Shown one piece after another: positions 55,669-64,000 of a stretch of DNA of 64,000 nt. The stretch comes from Tubiluchus corallicola. Its lineage: Eukaryota > Animalia > Priapulida. The notes beneath the pieces were generated by a model. It saw nothing but the letters and a program-made list of their open reading frames with translations, had not been told where the DNA came from and did not search any database. The position numbers and the translations under genes are program-made. Location of the stretch: the NCBI GenBank assembly GCA_030141605.1, contig JAQGDQ010000159.1, positions 248,001 through 312,000 on the forward strand, read 5' to 3'. The stretch's first letter is position 1. Each line of letters begins with the position of its first letter.

Positions 55669-56789
55669 GGGAACCAATTTTCTTTTTTGCTCATTGGACT
55701 GTTTAAGTTGATTTGCATCGTTTTAGGGTTTAGTAGCAGTTTTTCATATTCAGCCATTTGCTTTTGTTTTTAAAAACGACGGCCATTTTTGAAATCAAAG
55801 TAACAGAAGTGAATACCTTAGATCCAACTACCCTGGATATCACAGTTGCTACAGTTGCCACAGTTGAGGTCATTTTGTTCGGTTTGCATTTCGATCTCCC
55901 CCCGCTAAATTTTCAAGCTGTCAGCAGCTTTTCGAAAATCAACGTAGTCAAATTGATAAGACTAGCCATATTGCCCACGTTTAGAAATACGCCCCAAGGT
56001 TCCACATTACTGAAAATTCGTTTAATCCGTTAGTTCTAGCGCAGTTTGCCAAATATCTTAGATATAGTGAGAGGTTCAATATGGTTCACTAGACAAGACG
56101 GTAATTATTTCGGTTTGCTACTCATTATAACCATATCCACACTCATAGTCTAAACTCACACTCTGGCGGTTTTTGTCAATATACACCAGTGACAGGTTTT
56201 CCAATTATATTCACACCCAGATGATTTATTAGTCAAAACCTCTTACCTAAATTCACACTCATAAGAAGGTTTACTAATAAGAGGGTCTGGAATGTCCTTA
56301 TCGAAAGACTAGCTAAGACGGTTGTCTTTCCTGTTCGAAGGCAAAACCTTAATCAGTTCTCGTTGGATGTTGTACTGTATAATTTTCGGTGATTGGTCAT
56401 TTTCCGTCACACGTCCCACGCATAGCAATCATGCCATGCCTATGAAGCTCAGCTAGGCTTGCCACTGTCGTAGGTCTGCGCGGTACTGAACCCCCTTCGA
56501 TGATCTGCTGCCTCTAGCTGATTCGGAACTTAACGCCAAAATCTTATGCATTTAAGACGATGTAAAACATTTTAAGCAATTCTCGTCGATATATTGTTTC
56601 TACTTCTTCGGCACTTCTTTGTATCGACCCATTATATCTATGCATGTAATATTAGCATGTAAATCTTTTGTAAAATGTGTATATTCAAAACACAGTTGCA
56701 GGCCACTAAACCCGTTCGGTGCTTTGTACCAATGAAAAGAAACAGTAGTGTGCTTGGTTCCGGCACACCCACGACATCTAGATTGTGAG

Positions 56790-57115
56790 TAGCGGCCATA
56801 TTGAAATTATACAACTTTGGTCTAGCCAGATGAGGTTTTTCTACGGATTGCCTATAAAAAATAACACATCATAACGGCCCCGATGATCCCATAAGGTACC
56901 TTCCTAGGAACCGATGACGTTATGACGTCATAACGGCTGTCTTAATGCGAAAAATTAGGCGCTACGGTTTGCGTAATGGTCCGTAGCATCTTCACGTAAA
57001 ATTCACGTCTCTAATGCTGAAAATTCGGTGGCCTGTGCTGTCTTTCAAATATAATGTAAGAACAACAACAGCATGACCAACAACAAGGATCCGGCTTCGC
57101 GCCGGATCCAAAAAT
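56790..57115 (-). mobile_element. Helentron-associated (HINE/DINE-1-like) non-autonomous element; left boundary uncertain
   Basis: Minus strand begins TTTTTGGATCCGGC-GCGAA-GCCGGATCC and continues with (GTT)n. A T-run, terminal stem-loop and microsatellite is the usual HINE terminal architecture. Confidence 0.55.
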
Positions 57116-57396
57116 AACAGAGACATATATACGTATAAGGAGCCGTGTAACGGATCTAAAAATAATAGATATATATGTGTATAAGAAGCCGTGTGACGGA
57201 TCTAAAAATAATAGATATATATGTGTATAAGAAGCCGTGTGACGGATTCAAAAATAACAGATATATACAGGTATAAGAAGCAGTGTGACGGATCCAAAAA
57301 TAACAGATATATATGTGTATAAGAAGCCGTATGACGGATCCAAAAATAACACATATATACGTGTATAAGAAGCCGCGTGACGGATCCAAAAATAAC
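57103..57396. repeat. Minisatellite: six units of 46 bp (first unit 48 bp) plus a partial unit
   Basis: CGGATCCAAAAATAACAGATATATATGTGTATAAGAAGCCGTGTGA units start at 57103, 57151, 57197, 57243, 57289, 57335 and 57381. Confidence 0.96.
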
Positions 57397-57454
57397 GGAT
57401 TAGTGTGTGACCAATATAGAAAAATTGCCGCATTTTTGCTTTAAACAAAAAAAT

Positions 57455-57528
57455 CGAGGCACAGTGGATTCGAATCTACGATATAGTGGCTCCGTAGGCA
57501 CACGCGTTATCTATTGAGCCACTAGCCA
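57455..57528 (-). pseudogene. tRNA-Arg(ACG)-like pseudogene or SINE head with Pol III terminator
   Basis: Minus strand TGGCTAGTGGCTCAATAGATAACGCGTGTGCCTACGGAGCCACTATATCGTAGATTCGAATCCACTGTGCCTCG then ATTTTTTT. It has an A box, a CT-ACG-GA anticodon loop and a B box, but the acceptor and anticodon stems pair poorly. Confidence 0.7.
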
Positions 57529-60500
57529 TTCTTGGTGTACAAATTTAAGTGAGGTTTACCTGGCATCGGGATGCGTATGCGTTATGCAGATGCGGAATAG
57601 ATAAAACCTGTTTATATTGTTTTCAATGCACCCGTTTATCAGACCTGCGATTTGCGTTATTTTTTTCTGCAGCCATTTCCTATTGATTTTTTATACGCAG
57701 CTATTCTGCAGATGGATAACGCATAACGCCACTTAAGCCGAGCATGCTGAGACACTTTTACTTTCAAATTCCAACGTGAATTCCGGCACAGTTCGATGTG
57801 GCCTTGGAAGCTTGTTACTTGCTTCATAGTCAAGCGTGTTCCATAGACAGGGAACGGCTTTGTGACACTGGCAGCACACATCAGCTAAATCCGCCTAGAG
57901 GTTTGCATAGCTCTTGAATTCCTTCTTTTCAATTCAAGATGAATTACTCTTGTGTGAGCTACTGAACAGGCACTTAGGTGCTTGAAAGGCACCATATTAA
58001 ATTCACATAAAAGACATATTGCCTGCTCATTGATGGAGCTCAACAACTGGATTATGAGTGGAAGTTTATAAAAATTGATTTCACCTCAGGGATTAGCGAG
58101 GTTCAGGCCGAAAATTCCGCCAAAACGATAGAATGAATTTGTCAATTGGTGACATTTATTTGATGGCTCTTTAAGCATGTATGTCAATCGATTTAATATG
58201 TTTATACATGTATCAACGATAAGTCGACGTAAAGCCAGAACAAAACGTTTCGTTTAGTTTTTGCTGATTGGCTTCACTACGCAAAGAAACGAATTTCTGG
58301 CGATTTTTAAAAAAACTATATGCGGACTTTATAATGAACACTTTGTTTAGAACTGTATGACAGTTCAGGGAGATCGCTGGACATCTGTTACCGTTCTCTC
58401 TAACTGTCGCTGTGTAATACACGTGTATGCAACATGTTCATAATGCCAAACGTGCGATCAATTTTTAAGGCGAGCGTTTATCACAACTTTCGTGAAATAA
58501 AAATTAATAATTAATACACCAATAATGAGATTATGAATTTTTAATTAAAAACAGTGTATAAATGCGCTAATAAGGCGGTGTCGTCTAACGTCTATAAGTT
58601 ACCACGCATGGCCTTGCATAGAGTTTTAATCAAGACTTTCCAACTGTGTAAGTCTGACAGACAGCAGGCAGGGAGTTAGACTGGTAACTAATCGTGATGA
58701 TGAAATTAGGGCCGGTCTTGTAACTGGTAATTCAAGTGTCGGAAATGGCATTCCGAATATAATTAATCATTTAACTTCCAGTATATTGAAGTGTATTGCA
58801 AATATAAACGTAATGATAGGCTGTACTAGAATTAATTAGAGCCATGTAAAATAACTGGTTTGTGTAGTAGACTTAGTGTTACAAGCCACTAAACTTCTTT
58901 ATTGAAATAGCTATGATGTGATACAGGTCGTATGGCTTCCCAAGCGATGGTTAGTTATAGTAGAAATGTAACATAATAGCAACAAATGCTAGATTAGATA
59001 AACTAAAATATTGTTTGTTTACAGTTAAAACTTAGATACTAACTGATATTGTGACGGCTAATCAATTTGAAATCAGTTGTCATCACGTCCTAAGTGCAAT
59101 AATTATCGTTTGTCATATAATGTTTTAATATGATGTTGCTCGTTTTATTTTTACAGCTAGGAACGAAACGTAAATCCTACAGCAACACTACATTAATTAA
59201 GATGTTTCTTTCTAGCTACAGAATTTCTAACCGAACTTCGAGACTTAACCTTTGATAACGCATAAATATATAAAAACCCTTTTCACTAGCTATTACTCGG
59301 CATTAACGTGTGGTTCTTTGGGTCTATGATTAGCGATTTCAGAACATTTTGTTCAGCACATCCAGCACATCCACGCTGCTTCACTAATATCTCGAAAATT
59401 TGATTTACTTGAAGTTGTTAAATAAATGTTATAACTCGGTTGCAGATCAAACTATTTTTTCGATTCCTGCAGTCGGACATTAATTGTACAAAATTTTGAT
59501 GGTAGTGATTTTAAGTTTAAAGATGGCGGATGAAACAATGTGTCATTAACGTAGCTGTCTAATGATCCTTGAAGTCGACATCTTTATTGTTGACCTTGTA
59601 TATGAAATTTAACTCTGCGTGTCGGGAGAGAGAACTTGGTGTCAGTCTTTGGCAACAAATTATCTGTCATCTACGAAACAAGAATGCTATGTAGCGTAAT
59701 TACATAAATCAAAACGTTTAAGATTAACCAAAACAACAATCTTATCATTTTCAATGCGTAGCAGCCACATTAAAGTTAACTGAACGAAATTTATCTGCAC
59801 GTCTTATCTTGTACATACAGCTTCTATTCTGAGACCATGATTATAACCAAAGGGAGTTGGAATAGCGTGTAATGAACGAGTTAAAGTTGTGAAATGATCG
59901 ACAAATTAATAAACACAGCTGAGCCCCGGCTTATGATACTTGCGAACTTTTCTCACTGGGTGTTTTCACTTAGTACTCTGTTGCAGTAATGGAAACGAAA
60001 ATGTATTTTGCTGTTGCACTTTGGTAATATGATTGCGCCTTCTTTTATGCTCACGAATCTGACAGAAATATTCCCTACAGGAGCAGTTTCAAATCTAATT
60101 TTACTTATAATTATACCACACGTTTCTTCAAGCGCAATACTGCAAAATTTCCACATAAAGCAGAAGTTTCGTTCAAAATTGTACAGTGTCTCTTAAAAGT
60201 AAGCACTAACTTTCATTAATTGCAAACGAAACAATTGGAGTAAATTTTTCATTTTTTAAATTTATTTTGCACTTTTGACTAGAAATTTTGCGTTTCAGAC
60301 CTTGAAAATAAGTAGGTGATTGAATAGCAAAGAAACTACGAGAAAGGGACGTCACATAAGAATCGTGTGAGAAACAAACATTGATTTAATATCACTGTAT
60401 TTGAATCAAGTCAGAAACACACTCTTTGCAAAAATAATCTAAATTATTTTTGCTATAATAATCTGAATGAATAAATATTTTATCGAAACGTAGATGGTAC

Positions 60501-63500
60501 GCAAGGACAAAAAGAGGAAAGTATTTAAACGAGGTGATAATTCAATCACCACATTAATGAGCGAGAAAACGAGCGAGACGGATGGAATAACAGATGTATA
60601 ACGGAAGAAAGAAAGTAAATAGATGGATTAACTACGATAGTGACAAACCTACCAGGCAGCCAGCTAACTAGCTAACAGAAAACTAGCCAATTATCTAGCC
60701 AACTGGTTAGCTTGATTGACAGACAAGCTCAATCAACTAACTAGCAAAAAAATAACAAACTAACAAATAACTGCATAGGCGTAAGGTGCTTAAAGGACAG
60801 CATCGAAAATCATTTGGTTTGCGCACAGATGCGCTCAAATAACAAGTTTCAGTTTGTCATTTTTGCTGATTGACGAACGTCGCATATGTGCAATGGCTTC
60901 ACATATTTCTTCTCTAGGCGGGATGAGCAACCATCGCTTGTTATCTTTATTAGTCTATTACTGGTCATTTCGGTCAAGATGATGTAATGTAGCTGGCTCA
61001 GCTTTGTTATGAAGTGATATGCTGCACTCATTGCGGATTAGCTAAGCTTTGGGGTCATTTTCTTGATTAGGACTTTGGACGGATCAATACTGAACGACGC
61101 TCGACATGTTGAGTTATTTCCAGTGGGAGCTTCAAGTTTGTCAGTTTCAAAAAGTTGAACTCGTTAATAGGCATAAAATTAGTTGGCTTCATGGCAACGA
61201 ACATACGCAATTGTACATTATAATTTATAGAAGCGGGATCATGGTCTTCTTACGTGTTAAGCTAAGGCTGAATGAAAGCATCTTTTAAACAATTACTAGA
61301 TAACATTACTATTGCAATTTTTAAAGTCAAGAATCAACCCATTTTACGTAAAATTTTAAAAAATTAAAAATACTTATTGTATATTTAATTTTTTATAAAT
61401 AATATGTGGGATTTTACGTGGGATGATGATAGAAATACCAAGAATTCTAGAGAAATTTCCAGAATTTCTAGATAAATGTAAGAGTCCCCAAGTCAGTTTT
61501 TAGACAATATATAAACATTTTTAGTTCTGTAAAATGCTTTTAAGGTGCATTACTTCTGGTGCGGAGATTAGAAATTAACACGTGACGTCAAGCGAAGACT
61601 TACTCACTTTTCTAGGATTGTGATTGCTTTAAATAGGGCAAAAATGGTAAAAAATCATTATCACGGAAAGCAGTAGCTAGCTCAAAATGGTAGCTGAAAC
61701 ATTTGCCTCTTATCGCAGCAAACAATTTTACAATATCAGTTGTTAAAAATGGAGTTAGTGCGCACAAAGAGTGTCTTCTGATACCTCCAGAAAATGCTGA
61801 TGTTTTAAACTAATTAAACTAATAAACTAATGTGCTAAATTAGGCATTGAGCAGTAGATGGTAAGAAAAAAAGGATCAGTGCGACATACGAACACATTAA
61901 GCAAAACGTGGATGACGTTCGTTCGCGTAGCCAAAATTTGAATTGTGAATTCAGACAACGACGCCTGCTTTGAAGCCCATAACTCTCTTTCATGTCATGT
62001 AAATATTTCAAAGAAAAATCATTTTCCGGAAACTGCTTATTCGCCACAGTAGCATTTCCGGTAGCTCAAAAGCACAAGCCGGGTTCTTTTGTATATTGAT
62101 TAGGAAAATTTCAGCTCTTTGATGAAGCCACTTTGCGCCCAATTTTCATGTTCTTCCAATTTTACGTGTATTATTCATGTAGATTGTAACCGCAAAATCT
62201 TCCTTTATTGACAAATGCTGGAATGTCTGATAAACAGATGTCACGCAATGATAAATAATTTCATTGACATTCACTGCTGCTTCGTAAACGCCCTCAAAAT
62301 ACTATTACTACGCAAATAAACTACTGGTAATCTAAATTCAAAACGTTCATAAAGCAAAATTTTATTGCAAAATGAGGCAAAGTGTAACCTAACGTCTTGA
62401 ACAATTACTATTCAAACGATCTTCTTGAATTTGTATGATTCTAGGAGAAGTGACGACCATGAATAGTCGAGGAATGTTCACATCATACTAAAGTTATCAG
62501 GTCACCAAAACCACTTGAATTCTCCTTGCGGCAATTATAGAATTGTGTGTAGAATCGGTTTTCTCAGAACTGAGAATATTAAGTGTTTGTAAGGATTCAT
62601 TTCACTGCGCTTTCAAAGGACAGGCGACTACGGAGTTGCATTGGAGCGCATCGAAAATACAAAAGAATAGCGTGTTATTCGGTCTGCTTACTCTGCCTAG
62701 CACTGGGAAGCCAAAGCTAATATGCAGAACAGCTCACTGCTACTGCTAGCAAGTGAGCCTATATACTGGCCAGAATTGCTCATGTAGTACAACGCATTAG
62801 TATAGAATACATCTTGAGCTATCCATATACAGTCTTAACTGCACACCAATGTCCCGACTTATAATAACTGCAGTGAAGGGTGATGTATTTTCCAATGATT
62901 TATGCTGATTACTACATTGTAGCTTAGTACGTAATCAGGCTTAGTATGCGCTCAAGCAAGAAATACATATCGTAATTGAATTGTGAGATTGATTGGTAAG
63001 TAAAGCCAGGAAATAATGACTAGAGATTAATCAGTTAACGAACAAACAATGGCATTAATCAGCTTTAATCGGGTATAAGCTTTGTTAGATTTAGCAAACA
63101 ACAAAATTAGTAAATAATTATTAAAAGTTATATTAGTGTTATATAATATATAAAGATGGTTTTATAAACACGCTTTAACGCTTTAATACAATTTACTTGC
63201 CAACTTGGTAAAATTGCAGAAAGAGAACTATCCGCAGTTTATTTAGCTTGAGAATTTGTCCTTAGCGCGTAAACAGTCGAGACTCAAGACCGCACAGAAA
63301 TGGTTTTTTAAAAGTGAGAAAACAAGGCCACGCAAGACAATTATTGATAGCACTTAGTTTCCTCAAGTCTGGTTTATTGTACGCAGATTTTACCATTGCA
63401 ATTTTACCAGAATTCTACAACCAGTCAGCTTCCAGTTAACGCAAGGAATTAAGTTAATACTCTTGATTGCGATTCTTTTTTCTTCCTGCAGTCAATTAGA

Positions 63501-64000
63501 CAATTCAAAAACTAGTTAGTCGTTAATCAATGGTCATTCAGCCAAATAAAATCCAACTCTTTGAAATTTTAGTTAAGATAAACTGGTATTTAATTTACTG
63601 AATGTTGGAAGCAGGTGATAGGATCTAATAGGATTTATACAAGTCTCAATGCTGCTGCTATCTAGCGATAACCTTGCGAATTAATTTTTACTTTAAACTA
63701 ATTGAAAATTCACCGATAAAGGCAAGGCGCGGTGAGTTGATTCATATATCGCGCTTTTAGCGTAGTTGAGCAGTGTGGCGGAGGTTGACAACCGTTTCTC
63801 AGCTTTACTCGTCACTAACACGCTGGCTTATCATCATTACATTCTCTCGCTCGTCTTATTACAGTCATTACAAGTTATTTAGTGAGTGTTGACTCAGTTG
63901 ACATAACATTAACAACCTGAAAATCCTTGTTGAGTTCACAAGCAATTTCTATGTTGCTAAACACAATCTAAACTGACAATACGATTTTCTGAGCATCAAG

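Noticed and set aside
57103-57396. CRISPR-like array
   Set aside because: Units are near-identical along their whole length, so there are no unique spacers; there are no cas genes and the context is eukaryotic. It is a minisatellite.
57455-57528. Functional tRNA-Arg(ACG) gene
   Set aside because: The acceptor and anticodon stems do not pair properly and the T-stem has a mismatch; called a pseudogene or SINE head instead.
60640-60780. Degenerate tetramer tracts (also near 870-980 and 38210-38550)
   Set aside because: Eroded microsatellites with no specific structure.

Overview
AT-rich, repeat-laden eukaryotic DNA, most likely from an invertebrate animal; nothing here looks prokaryotic. Only two protein-coding genes are supportable, both two-pore-domain (K2P/TWK-like) potassium channels arranged head-to-head about 18.9 kb apart. 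Gene A (minus strand) is complete in two coding exons (18686-18182 and 13271-12544, 410 aa). Gene B (plus strand) shows only its first coding exon (37585-38083), and its next exon is not visible in the remaining ~26 kb. Both genes are split by the same phase-1 intron inside the TTIG|YG selectivity filter. The rest is intron or intergenic DNA containing microsatellites, a LINE 3' remnant, several MITEs (hAT-, Tc1/mariner-, Harbinger- and foldback-like), a decayed IS3EU-like transposase between palindromic sub-repeat arms, tRNA-derived SINE heads and ~195-bp tandem duplications. The most unusual structure is a composite at about 56.8-57.5 kb: a tRNA-Arg(ACG)-like Pol III cassette next to a 46-bp tandem array whose units each repeat the terminal hairpin motif of an adjacent Helentron/HINE-like element. 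Most ORFs in the supplied track are microsatellite or chance ORFs. Family assignments are from motif recognition by eye, not from database searches.
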